A stretch of 64,000 nt of DNA from Promethearchaeota archaeon (GTDB lineage: Archaea > Asgardarchaeota > Lokiarchaeia > Sigyniarchaeales > SOKP01). Positions 49,445-59,458 of the stretch are shown here, piece after piece. Every line of letters begins with the position of its first letter. The stretch's first letter is position 1. Below the pieces are notes generated by a model. The model saw only the letters and a program-made list of their open reading frames with translations. It was not told where the DNA came from and did no database searches. A program made the position numbers and the translations under genes. The DNA is taken from assembly GCA_019058445.1 (NCBI GenBank), contig JAHPZA010000008.1, positions 1 to 64,000 on the forward strand, read 5' to 3'.

Positions 49445-49754
49445 TATTTTTTTTCCACTTCTTTATAATAATTATTTAATTTTAATTGAAAAATTAAGAG
49501 AGTTTTATTAATAATAATTTAAATTAATCTTATTGCAGTTATAAATTTCGATATATTACAATAAAAGTCTTTTAAGATAAATTATGTTCCTAAATAAATC
49601 AATTATTCATACAAATATGTATTTTTTAGAAGCAAACTTTACTTTTTACACCAATATTTCTTTCTAGGTTTTTTTATATTAATTGTCTCATATAAATCAC
49701 ATACTAATTGATATGAGAAATTGTATTTTTTACCAAGACGCCAAGCGCAAGAGT

Positions 49755-50423
49755 TTAGATTTTCTTAATAAGATTTTCTTTTAATTTTAAGAAATTTTTA
49801 AATTCTTCTGTAAGATTTGTAGTTTGGTTGTTTATATTAATATTAGGTGGTAATTTCTCAATATCTCTTCTTTCATATCTTCTTTGAAATACAAATAATA
49901 AAAAAATAATAGAACATATGAACAATGATATTATAAAAGCAGTAGTTCTAGAACTTTTTAGAAATTCGGAATTTTCAAATAACCCATGTAAGAGAAATAT
50001 CGATGATATAAATATTAGGATAAATGAGAAGAAAATTAAAAATTTGTCCAAAAGTTTAGCATAATAATTGGCTTCTATTTCTCTAATCGGGTTATGTATC
50101 TTGTTTCCTTTAATCGTACAAGACTTAGCCTCAAATAACACAATTTTGTAGATTGAATTATTTATAATTGAAAGATAATAACTTTTATCTACCCAAATTT
50201 CAAAAATCCTGCTATTTTCAATAGAAATATTTTGAGAATTTTTCAAATTAATTCGTTCAATAGTAATATTTCTTAGAATTATATTATAATCGATTTTTTC
50301 AAACCACAAGAGTTCATAAGGATCTTTAATAGAGTCAATAATGATAGGATCGCTTCTTGTACCAATACCTTTCCAATAATGCTTTTTTTGATATTCTTTT
50401 ATATTATAGTTATTAATTATCAT
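49755..50423 (-). CDS. Hypothetical protein with short beta-helix (NosD-like) repeats and 2 TM
   Basis: G.GT..DPIII motif, repeated I.NS.NI.I.N units, two hydrophobic helices. Confidence 0.6.
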   Translation of the reverse strand: MIINNYNIKEYQKKHYWKGIGTRSDPIIIDSIKDPYELLWFEKIDYNIILRNITIERINLKNSQNISIENSRIFEIWVDKSYYLSIINNSIYKIVLFEAKSCTIKGNKIHNPIREIEANYYAKLLDKFLIFFSFILIFISSIFLLHGLFENSEFLKSSRTTAFIISLFICSIIFLLFVFQRRYERRDIEKLPPNININNQTTNLTEEFKNFLKLKENLIKKI

Positions 50424-50491
50424 TATCTATTCACAGATTTTTAGATATTTCAAGATATTTCTTCGATTATATCTCTGCAATCTTTCCTTTA

Positions 50492-50599
50492 TCATTTTTT
50501 ATTTATCATTCTGTGTCCTCCAATATTCACTCCACCTAATGCGATAATAGTTTTTTTCGTTTTATCTAAATTTGGAATTTTTAATATCCTATTTGCCAT
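50492..50599 (-). pseudogene. N-terminal remnant of an isocitrate/isopropylmalate dehydrogenase paralog
   Basis: MANRILKIPNLDKTKKTIIALGGVNIGGHRMINKK* versus MERYRSVLKCPNIDKSKKVVTALGGDGIG of 48266-49444. Confidence 0.7.
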
Positions 50600-50742
50600 A
50601 CTTTTCACTTGTTCTTTTATTTAATAGATAAAATAATAATTTAAATATCAGTTTTTTCCCCTTTTTGAATCAATACTATAAAATAATTGTTTTCATTTGA
50701 TTTGATTATAAAACTAAAATAAATATATGCAATTGATAAAAA

Positions 50743-51588
50743 ATGAATTATGAGACAATAAAATTTGAATTGCAAGAAAATGGTATAGGATTTTTAACAT
50801 TTACCAGAGCAGATAAAGCAAATGCTATGTCGTTTCAAATGGTTGAAGAACTTCATTCGATATTTGACGATTTAATGATTAATCTGGATTGTAGAGTGCT
50901 AATTGTTAAAGCAGAGGGGAAAGTATTTAATGCCGGTCAAGATTTGAATGATGGAACGATTTTAAAGCAGAAAAAAAAGCCTGAACGCTATAAAAATTTT
51001 TATTATTTAGATATCCCTGAAGTGCTTAAAAATTTTATGTATTATCAAACTCGGATCTCACATCTTATTATAAAAATGAGAAAAATTTCCCAACCAATTA
51101 TTGCGATGGTTCAAGGTGCTGCAATGGGAGCAGGGTTCTCTTTTACTTTAGCAACTGATATCCGGATTGCCAGTAAGGAAGCAAAGTTCAATGCTGCTTA
51201 TATTAACCTTGGATTAACAGGTTCAGATATGGGTAGCAGTTACTTCCTACCTCGTCTAGTAGGTATGTCAAGAGCTGCTGAACTTTTATATACTGGACGC
51301 TTTTTTGATGCTGAGGAGGCTCTGAAAATGGGGTTTATCTTAAAAATTGTGGAGAGAGATAAATTACTTGATTCTGCTTTAGAACTTGCCGAAGAATTAC
51401 TTACTAAAAGTCCTTTAGGATTAAGGATGACAAAACAAGCCATAAATTTAACTCTTGATTCTCCCAGCTTAGAAACAATGATTCAATTTGAAAATCGTGG
51501 TCAAGTATTAAGTGGTAGTTCTGAGGACATTTGGGAAGCATTTTATGCCTATATGGAAAAGCGAAAAGCCAAATTTCCTTTACGTTAA
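50743..51588 (+). CDS. Enoyl-CoA hydratase/isomerase (crotonase) superfamily protein
   Basis: NAMS, FNAGQDL, GAAMGAG..LATDIRIA, LPRLVG..RA.ELL.TGR. Confidence 0.9.
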   Translation: MNYETIKFELQENGIGFLTFTRADKANAMSFQMVEELHSIFDDLMINLDCRVLIVKAEGKVFNAGQDLNDGTILKQKKKPERYKNFYYLDIPEVLKNFMYYQTRISHLIIKMRKISQPIIAMVQGAAMGAGFSFTLATDIRIASKEAKFNAAYINLGLTGSDMGSSYFLPRLVGMSRAAELLYTGRFFDAEEALKMGFILKIVERDKLLDSALELAEELLTKSPLGLRMTKQAINLTLDSPSLETMIQFENRGQVLSGSSEDIWEAFYAYMEKRKAKFPLR

Positions 51589-51616
51589 AATAATACTATT
51601 TCAATCTTGAAAGAGA

Positions 51617-53002
51617 GTGAAAACTATCTTGAAAAATAATAAAAAACAGTGGTGGGAAAAACCCGGCTTTTCAATCATGTATCAGATAGAAGCGAGACCG
51701 GGTTGGTTTTGGAATAGAAACTATGATAAATTTAACGCATCTATGATGGATGAGGAAGGAAAATTAAAATTTAACGGTCCTTTCTGTAAAATGAAAAAAT
51801 GGGTTGAATTTTCGAAAAGAATTGGCGTAGATTACCATATTTTTGAAGTCAAATGGCATGACGGAATCTGTTATTGGGATACCAAATTAACCGAATGGAA
51901 AACGCCTGAAGATTATGTTAAGATTTTTTCTGAAGAGAGTAAAAGAGCAGGTATTCCATATTTATACTATTATTCCAGTATTTTTGATCATAATCCCGAT
52001 TTTGATGATATTCAACCCCTTCGTGGTGTAACGCCATCCTTTATAGCAAAACATGATGAAACTAAAGAAAATATCGCGAAATATTCTAAAGGTTTCGCAG
52101 AACGTCTTAGAGACATGTTTATTGACCAAGTACAAGAAAGGGATATCCCCTATACAACTAAATTTTTTGATGATGTTGAATTTCATGATTTTACTTATAA
52201 TCCTAAAAAATACGAGGATTACGTCTTGAATCAAATAAAGGAACTAATTGATAACTACCACCCCAATGGCATGTGGATGGATTGGTATTGGGGTACTGAA
52301 GAGGCATCTACTTTTTTAGTTATGAATTTCATGGAGAAAAATTATCCTGATACCATTCTAACCTATAATGTTAGTATAGACAGACACCCGAGATATATCC
52401 ACTATTTATCTGGCGAAGCTCATGATGTTAAAACAGCCTGGCAGAGTGGTAAAAAATACAGGAGAAAAAAGAGACCTTGGGAATTATGTGGTCCAGCGGC
52501 TTACGGTTGGGATGTTCCACAGGCAAGACCAGATCCCTATGAAATATTTAGGATAGCTGTGATAATTATGGCTAGTGGTGGAAAATATTCTTTTGGTCTG
52601 CCTTCACAAATGGATGGAGATTTATATCCCGAACCAGCGAAAAATGTGGAATTATTTGGTGAATGGTATAAATTAAGAAGAGAATTATTTACAGAGGCAA
52701 TACCAATGAAATATCGAGGAGAAAATGTTCCGGGAATCAAAATTAGTGAAGAAAATTTTGGAATTATTGGAACCTTCTATGAAAATGATAATTTAATCCA
52801 TATTATTAATTTAAAAGGATTAAAAAAGGAGCTACTGCTTGAATTATTTGGAGATCAATGGCATAACATTACTAAAGTTATTCTTGAACCTCAGAAAAAA
52901 GAGCTTGAATTTTCTACGAAAAATAATATAACAATAATAAAATTAAACAAGAATGATATTGATCCTGCTGATACAATACTCCGAATTATTTCTAATAAAT
53001 AA
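51617..53002 (+). CDS. GH29 (alpha-L-fucosidase)-like glycoside hydrolase, copy 1
   Basis: KWHDGICYWDT, YYS, NQIKELI..Y.P.GMWMD (nucleophile Asp), PWE. Confidence 0.75.
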   Translation: MKTILKNNKKQWWEKPGFSIMYQIEARPGWFWNRNYDKFNASMMDEEGKLKFNGPFCKMKKWVEFSKRIGVDYHIFEVKWHDGICYWDTKLTEWKTPEDYVKIFSEESKRAGIPYLYYYSSIFDHNPDFDDIQPLRGVTPSFIAKHDETKENIAKYSKGFAERLRDMFIDQVQERDIPYTTKFFDDVEFHDFTYNPKKYEDYVLNQIKELIDNYHPNGMWMDWYWGTEEASTFLVMNFMEKNYPDTILTYNVSIDRHPRYIHYLSGEAHDVKTAWQSGKKYRRKKRPWELCGPAAYGWDVPQARPDPYEIFRIAVIIMASGGKYSFGLPSQMDGDLYPEPAKNVELFGEWYKLRRELFTEAIPMKYRGENVPGIKISEENFGIIGTFYENDNLIHIINLKGLKKELLLELFGDQWHNITKVILEPQKKELEFSTKNNITIIKLNKNDIDPADTILRIISNK

Positions 53003-53055
53003 TTTTTTATAGAAGAGATATATGCGAAAATCATATAATTAATGAGATTCAGACT

Positions 53056-54438
53056 ATGAATATTCAAAAAAATACTCCTCAAAAGAAAGAATGGTGGGAA
53101 AAACCTGGATTCTCTATTCAATATCAAATCGAGGCAAGACCTGGATGGCTTTGGAATAGAAATTATGATAAATTTAATGCGTTCATGATGGATGAAAATG
53201 GTAGTCTTAATTTCAATGGTCCTTTCTGTAAAATAAAAAAATGGGTGGAGTTTTCAAAGAAAGTTGGAGTAGATTATCATATGTTTGAAACCAAATGGCA
53301 TGATGGAATATGTTATTGGGATACAAAATATACTAAATGGAAGACTCCAGTTGATTACGTTAAGATTTTTTCTGAAGAAAGTAAAAAAGCAGGAATTCCA
53401 ATCCTATTCTATTATTCCAGTATTTTTGACCATAATCCCGATTTCGATGATATACAACCATTAAGAGAGATAACTCCTTCATTTATAGCTTTGCATAATG
53501 AAAAAAAAGATTTTATTCCAGAATATTCAATGAATTATTTAAAAACAATTTGGGATATAACTAAAACTGAGATAGATGAGAGAAAAATACCTTATAAGGA
53601 TGAATTCTTTTATGATGTTAAATTTCACGATTTTAAGTATAATCCAGAAAAATATGAAGATTACTTACTCAAACAAATTAAAGAATTGATTGAGAAATAT
53701 GAGCCAGATGGTATGTGGATGGATTGGTACTGGAAGGATGCATCTACTCCCATAGTTATGGATTTTATGCAGAAAAATTATCCCTACATTCTTCTAATCT
53801 TTAATGTGAGTATTGATAAACGTCCAAAGTATGCAACATATTTATCCGGTGAAGCCCACGATGTTAAGACAGCATGGATAAGTGGTCAAAAATATAGATA
53901 TAAAAAAAAACCTTGGGAACTCGTTGGACCTGCAGCTTATGCATGGGATGTTCCCCAAGCTAGACCCGATCCCTATGAAATTTTTCGAATAGCAGCTATT
54001 ATAATGGCCAGTGGAGGTAAGTATTGTTTTGGTTTACCCTCTCAAATGGATGGGGAACTATATCCTGAACCAGCAAAAAATGTGGAAATGTTCGGAGACT
54101 GGTTTAAACTTAGACGTAATTTATTTATTGAGGCTATTCCTATGAAATATAAAGGAGATAATGTTCCCGGAATTGAATTAAGCGAAGGTAATTATGGTAC
54201 AATAGCTTCGATTTATGGAGATCATAATTTAATTCATCTTATTAATTTTAAGGGATTACAAAAAGATATCATTTTAACATTCTCTCAAGAACTATGGAGT
54301 TGTATTAAGAAAATAACTCTTGAGCCCTCCAAAAAGGAACTCAAATTTGTAGAAAAAGATGGTGTTATTACATTACTCTTGGCTAAGGTGGATATTGATT
54401 TAGCTGATACAATAATTAGGGTTAGTAAGAAGCTATAA
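53056..54438 (+). CDS. GH29 (alpha-L-fucosidase)-like glycoside hydrolase, copy 2
   Basis: Tandem paralog with the same motifs and long identical stretches. Confidence 0.75.
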   Translation: MNIQKNTPQKKEWWEKPGFSIQYQIEARPGWLWNRNYDKFNAFMMDENGSLNFNGPFCKIKKWVEFSKKVGVDYHMFETKWHDGICYWDTKYTKWKTPVDYVKIFSEESKKAGIPILFYYSSIFDHNPDFDDIQPLREITPSFIALHNEKKDFIPEYSMNYLKTIWDITKTEIDERKIPYKDEFFYDVKFHDFKYNPEKYEDYLLKQIKELIEKYEPDGMWMDWYWKDASTPIVMDFMQKNYPYILLIFNVSIDKRPKYATYLSGEAHDVKTAWISGQKYRYKKKPWELVGPAAYAWDVPQARPDPYEIFRIAAIIMASGGKYCFGLPSQMDGELYPEPAKNVEMFGDWFKLRRNLFIEAIPMKYKGDNVPGIELSEGNYGTIASIYGDHNLIHLINFKGLQKDIILTFSQELWSCIKKITLEPSKKELKFVEKDGVITLLLAKVDIDLADTIIRVSKKL

Positions 54439-55200
54439 CCGCACTTTCATAAATTCATTTATCATATTGCTTGCCGTCTTTTTCGCCTCCTTTTTATCAG
54501 AATCACTAGCTTCTAGAGGAAATCTAGGATTCTCTTTATAATATTGATAATCTGCTTCAAAGTACTCTTTATTTAACTTGGATATTGATTTAAAAATGTT
54601 AAACCTTACTAGATCGCCCATTGTTGGTGTGTTTTTCTGCTTATTTTTTATGCTAGTAATAAAATTGTTAAATTCTTTCATAGTCTTTTCATGAACGTAT
54701 TTCTTTTCCTTTTCTGAATTTAATGCTATTTCAAGTTCAAGAGATGAGACAACATTAAAACCAAATGTGCCAAAAATTCCTTTCATGAATTCATTCGTTT
54801 CTTTTGCTCCAAACATAGCGCAAACTGCCATTACCATTGCATATTTATCATAATAACGAGGTCTGTGGGCTTCATACCCAAATCTTTCCATGAAATTTTT
54901 CATTAATGAGGTAACTTGATTAACATATACTGGAGATGCAAAAATTACCCCATCAGCTTCTAAAATTTCGTTGATAATCATATCTCGATCATCCTTTAGG
55001 GGACAATATTGTTCACTTTTTGATATGCAAGTATAACATCCTTTACATTGCTTAAGATTTATCTCATTAAGCATCAATATCTTAAAATCAATATTAGGAT
55101 AATTTTCTTTAATCATATTAAGTACTGAATATGTATTACCTCTTTTTGGACTGCCACAAATTGCGAGAATTTTCATTTCTTTCATTATTTTTACATACAT
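54433..55200 (-). CDS. Flavodoxin-family iron-sulfur flavoprotein
   Basis: GSPKRGNT, CKGCYTC......C...DD, SPVY. Start may be ATG 55176. The 3' end overlaps the convergent gene by 6 bp. Confidence 0.88.
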   Translation of the reverse strand: MYVKIMKEMKILAICGSPKRGNTYSVLNMIKENYPNIDFKILMLNEINLKQCKGCYTCISKSEQYCPLKDDRDMIINEILEADGVIFASPVYVNQVTSLMKNFMERFGYEAHRPRYYDKYAMVMAVCAMFGAKETNEFMKGIFGTFGFNVVSSLELEIALNSEKEKKYVHEKTMKEFNNFITSIKNKQKNTPTMGDLVRFNIFKSISKLNKEYFEADYQYYKENPRFPLEASDSDKKEAKKTASNMINEFMKVRL

Positions 55201-55241
55201 AGAATTTTAAAAAAAATATTATTTAAAAAATATAAATATTA

Positions 55242-55772
55242 TTATTTCTGCTTTAATTCAGCAAGGAGTTGCTTTTCAAGTCCTCCATTCTTAAGGAGGT
55301 TTAATAATATCGGATGGATTTTTTTACCAACCAATTTTTTACCAGTTCTTAAATTAGTAACTTCTGCGTTTGGAATATTTATTTCAATCACATCTCCCGT
55401 TTCAAATTCATTAGAAATGCGTTCTACTTCTATAACAGGAAGTGCTCGCGCAATAGAGGAACGATAGAATATACGAGCAAATGATTTGGCTATAACGGCA
55501 GCAATTCCTTTTTCTTGTAATATCATAGGGGCGGTTTCCCGACTCGAGCCACATCCAAAATTTCGTCCTGCAACAATAATATCCCCTTCTTTAACTTGAC
55601 CTGGGAATTCCTTTATAATTGTGTCACATGTGTGTTTTAATGTTGCTTCCAAGTCATCTAAATATTGACCTGGTGAGATAGCGTCTGTATCAACATTATC
55701 TGGAAATACCCATACTTTTCCTTTTAATACATCTTGATATTCTTTAATTTCTTTTTTACTTGATATTGCCAT
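55242..55772 (-). CDS. LeuD/homoaconitase small subunit-family protein
   Basis: DNVDTDAI.P..YL, AGRNFGCGSSRE.A, SFARIFYR; SD GGAGGTG upstream. Confidence 0.92.
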   Translation of the reverse strand: MAISSKKEIKEYQDVLKGKVWVFPDNVDTDAISPGQYLDDLEATLKHTCDTIIKEFPGQVKEGDIIVAGRNFGCGSSRETAPMILQEKGIAAVIAKSFARIFYRSSIARALPVIEVERISNEFETGDVIEINIPNAEVTNLRTGKKLVGKKIHPILLNLLKNGGLEKQLLAELKQK

Positions 55773-55784
55773 TTAGAACACCTC

Positions 55785-57053
55785 CTAAAATCCTCTCGGA
55801 TCTGTAATTTCTCCTTTTAAAGCAGAAGCCGCTACAGTAGCAGGAGATCCTAAATAAACTTCTGATGCGGCACTCCCCATACGACCTTTAAAATTTCTAT
55901 TCGCACTTGAAATACATTTTTCACTTGGACCCAAAAGACCTCCTAGTGCCCCAAAACATGCACCGCACCCTGGATTAGTAATAATTGCTCCTGCATTCAT
56001 TAAGATTTCAGATATTCCTGATTTCGCAGCCTTTAACCAGATTTCCTTACTGGCAGGGGTCACTATCATGCGAACATCTTTGTGAATTGTTTTTCCCTCT
56101 AAAATTTTGGCAGCTATTTCTAAATCCTCATATCTTCCATTTGTACAAGAACCCAAAAATGCTTGATTAATTTTTGTGCCCGCAACCTCAGAAATAGGTT
56201 TTACATTATCAACCGTATGAGGACAAGAAATTTGAGGTTCCAAATCACTCACATCCATCTTATAAATTTCAGAATATACTGCATCAGGATCGGACTTGAC
56301 TAATTCAAACGGTTCAGTGGTTCTGTTTTTTACCCAATCCACAACCTTTTGATCGGGAACGCCAAATGCAAATTTCGCTCCCAATTCTAAAGCAAAATTA
56401 GACATTGTCATTCTAGATGCAATGCTTAAATTTTCCATGGTATCTCCCGTGAATTCGATTGATTTATATGTCGCAACTTCCGCAGTATAATCTCCTGCGA
56501 TTTTTATTATGATGTCTTTGCTCATAAGATTATAAGGTAATTTTCCAGTAATATTGAATTTAATAGTTTCAGGTACCCTAAACCATAATTCTCCTTTTAC
56601 ATATCCATAAAAAAGATCTGTATTACCAACTCCACAGCTACCTGCATTGAATGCTCCATATGTGGGTGTATGGCTATCTCCTCCAATTATAAGCATCCCA
56701 GGTCTTGCATGACCTTTTTCGGGAATAACTTGATGGCAGATCCCTTCCCTAATATCATAAAAATTCGTGATTCCTTGTTTTTTTACAAACTTCCGAATAA
56801 GATCATGAACTGCTGCCCATCGTTCGGAGGGTGCTGGCACATAATGATCGAATAATACTACAATCTTACTTGGATCAAAGATTTTTCGATTTTTAGAAGG
56901 TCTTATTTTATTAAAATCTAATACTACTTTTCCGGTTCCAATATGACTCATTATTAAATCTAATTTTGCATTAATAATATCATCTGGTTTAAAATCAGTT
57001 CCAGAAAGAGAATGAGATGCCAGAATTTTTTCCGCTATGGTTTTCCCACTCAT
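55785..57053 (-). CDS. LeuC/homoaconitase large subunit-family [4Fe-4S] hydratase
   Basis: KTIAEKIL, DH, GICHQ, DSHT, GSCTNGR, GCGAC, SSANRNF.GRMG, SPA. Confidence 0.93.
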   Translation of the reverse strand: MSGKTIAEKILASHSLSGTDFKPDDIINAKLDLIMSHIGTGKVVLDFNKIRPSKNRKIFDPSKIVVLFDHYVPAPSERWAAVHDLIRKFVKKQGITNFYDIREGICHQVIPEKGHARPGMLIIGGDSHTPTYGAFNAGSCGVGNTDLFYGYVKGELWFRVPETIKFNITGKLPYNLMSKDIIIKIAGDYTAEVATYKSIEFTGDTMENLSIASRMTMSNFALELGAKFAFGVPDQKVVDWVKNRTTEPFELVKSDPDAVYSEIYKMDVSDLEPQISCPHTVDNVKPISEVAGTKINQAFLGSCTNGRYEDLEIAAKILEGKTIHKDVRMIVTPASKEIWLKAAKSGISEILMNAGAIITNPGCGACFGALGGLLGPSEKCISSANRNFKGRMGSAASEVYLGSPATVAASALKGEITDPRGF

Positions 57054-57111
57054 TTTATTACCTCATAAATTTAAATTAAGTAGAATAATAAATTATTATT
57101 TAAATTTCAAA

Positions 57112-58497
57112 TCAAAGTCCTAATTCCTTTAGTTTATCCTTATTTGAAGCAACTTTTTCTGGAGTAAGGTCATAAAGGATTAAGAAAGCAATCAAACCGA
57201 TAATCATTATAAGCATAGGGGCTATTGAGAATTGTATCCGGAGCCCTAATAAGGCTAAATCTGACTGTTTCTCCAATGAGGGATCGAAACCCGTCATAAT
57301 ATGTATGATCCAGAATGTAAACGCTTGTATAATAATAGATAATCTCACCATAAATGTTCTGATTCCTAAAAATATACCTTCCTGACGTTTACCAGCATCA
57401 ATCACTATTTCGTCAATACAATCAGAGAAAACTAATTGATTACCGTAATATATGGAAGCTACTCCAAAGCCCACAATACCGACCAAAAATACAGCAGACC
57501 ATAAATCTACAAAGAAAAATAATAGACCTAAAGTTATAACAGCCCATATCAGGCCTAATAAAAAGAGTCCTCGATGACCGAGTTTATTGGTCAATTTCAC
57601 CCAAAAAATTATTCCCACTAGCTGGCCGATGAGAAGTGCGACACCAAAATATATTTCGGCACCCGCAGGTAATCCCAATATGTATGGAACTATATAAGGT
57701 ACAGAAGCCATCATAATTGTAATTAGGGAGTGGAATGCAAGATACGCGATTAGATACGCAATAAAATTTTTATGTTTTCCGGCAATTTTCAACGCCTTAA
57801 GAAATGAATCCTGTTTTTTCTGTTTTTCAATAAAAATAGCAGCATTTTCTCTCATTTCTTGATCTTCACGGCATCCCGGGATAGTGATAAGGAAAGCTAT
57901 AACTGAAATTATTGCCATTACTATCATTGCTAATATGTATGACTGTCTATCTCCATAAGTAATGAATAATGGAGGAAGTAATGTACCTAATGCAGTAGCA
58001 AATAACCCTATAGGGGCTCCAATCCCGGCAATCTTTCTGCGTTCCCTATCAGAGCGAAATTTATCGGGGAAAAGAGCATATGTGTTAGTCATCCAGGCTG
58101 AATAAAAAGCATCGTACAAACATATAGAAGCCAAAAACCATGCAAAAAGAAACATTGAGTGGGCAGAAGCATCATCAGCAGGAGGAGTAAATACAAAAAC
58201 GATAAAGAAGCAATATGGAATTCCCGATGCGACTATCCAGGGAAATCTTCTACCGTATTTATTCCAAAATCGATTTGGTTTATCCGAAAAAAACCCTAAG
58301 AGAGGATCATTTACCATGTTCCATAAACCATATATAATATAACCGATTAAGATAAGCGTCACATCAAGCCGTACTTCGTTTTCATAAAAAGCAAAAACTC
58401 TTGCAAGAAATACAGTGAATAGAAATGAGCGTACAAAGTAAGTGAATGCAAAACTTTTATAGATTTTGGGGGGATATTTTAATTCTGAATTTTCCAA
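57112..58497 (-). CDS. MFS transporter, GPH family
   Basis: WNMVNDPLLGFFSD..GRRFPW, LFPDKFRS..ER, DCIDE...KRQEG; paralog of 20711-22105. Confidence 0.9.
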   Translation of the reverse strand: MENSELKYPPKIYKSFAFTYFVRSFLFTVFLARVFAFYENEVRLDVTLILIGYIIYGLWNMVNDPLLGFFSDKPNRFWNKYGRRFPWIVASGIPYCFFIVFVFTPPADDASAHSMFLFAWFLASICLYDAFYSAWMTNTYALFPDKFRSDRERRKIAGIGAPIGLFATALGTLLPPLFITYGDRQSYILAMIVMAIISVIAFLITIPGCREDQEMRENAAIFIEKQKKQDSFLKALKIAGKHKNFIAYLIAYLAFHSLITIMMASVPYIVPYILGLPAGAEIYFGVALLIGQLVGIIFWVKLTNKLGHRGLFLLGLIWAVITLGLLFFFVDLWSAVFLVGIVGFGVASIYYGNQLVFSDCIDEIVIDAGKRQEGIFLGIRTFMVRLSIIIQAFTFWIIHIMTGFDPSLEKQSDLALLGLRIQFSIAPMLIMIIGLIAFLILYDLTPEKVASNKDKLKELGL

Positions 58498-58651
58498 TTC
58501 TTGTTCTCCTCGATATTTTATTATTTCTTATAGATGTTTAATTTAATTTATATTATTTATCTTGATAATTATGTTTTGTTATTAAAATTTATATATCTTA
58601 ATGCTATTTTGGTATTTTAACAAAAATATAAAGAAAGGATAGAGTTAATAT

Positions 58652-59362
58652 TTAGTTTTTCCTTAAAAGTCGTTTTTTCATCTTTTCCGGCATAATCCAT
58701 CCAAAATAAAATGCAATTGAGCTAATCATTAAAATTATTCGCGTAATTGGGACGTCTAAAATTAAATCTATAATCTCACCGATTGTAAATAAAATAAATG
58801 CAATTAACAAAAATTTACCTTTTAATTTAATTTCAGGACTGTCCGATTTCAGCGGTTCAAATGATAAGAGAAACCCGGTTATAATTATAGTAAGAATTAA
58901 TGGTATAAAATATAGGATTACAATAATAGACCAGTTTGTATCAACAGGTCCTTCTTTGACACCAATAATAGTCAAATCTGTAAAAAGTGCATAGAGAATA
59001 ATGATTTCAAATATTCCCCCAAAAATGGCATAAATAATCAAAATGATTTTTTGTCTATTCCTGTATAAAAGTTCTGTAAATCCTGCCATCCATAGTAATA
59101 AAAATATAGGAATAAATCCTACAACAATCAGAAAATAAAGAAAATCATTGATAGGTTCACCGGTAATTAGTACAGACAGGAATGAGAGAGAAACCGCATA
59201 ATAGGGTGTCGCAAATCCTATCCAGCCTAATCCAATATATAACATTGTTATTTGTTTGTACTTGAAATATTTTGACGCAATTCTTAAACCTACACATATT
59301 ACTATTACAGCATATATAAGTCCAGTAAGTCCATTTAAAAATTCATTTGGTGTTAGAGCCAA
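58652..59362 (-). CDS. Stand-alone 7TM membrane protein (paralog of 14259-14978)
   Basis: Seven TM segments and shared motifs; TTG start. Confidence 0.8.
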   Translation of the reverse strand: MALTPNEFLNGLTGLIYAVIVICVGLRIASKYFKYKQITMLYIGLGWIGFATPYYAVSLSFLSVLITGEPINDFLYFLIVVGFIPIFLLLWMAGFTELLYRNRQKIILIIYAIFGGIFEIIILYALFTDLTIIGVKEGPVDTNWSIIVILYFIPLILTIIITGFLLSFEPLKSDSPEIKLKGKFLLIAFILFTIGEIIDLILDVPITRIILMISSIAFYFGWIMPEKMKKRLLRKN

Positions 59363-59458
59363 TTTTATCCTCTTATTGATATTTTAAATTAGATATTGTT
59401 CAGTTCTTAATATATCATACACTCGATTTTTTATTAAAATTTATGTTATTCTTACTGA

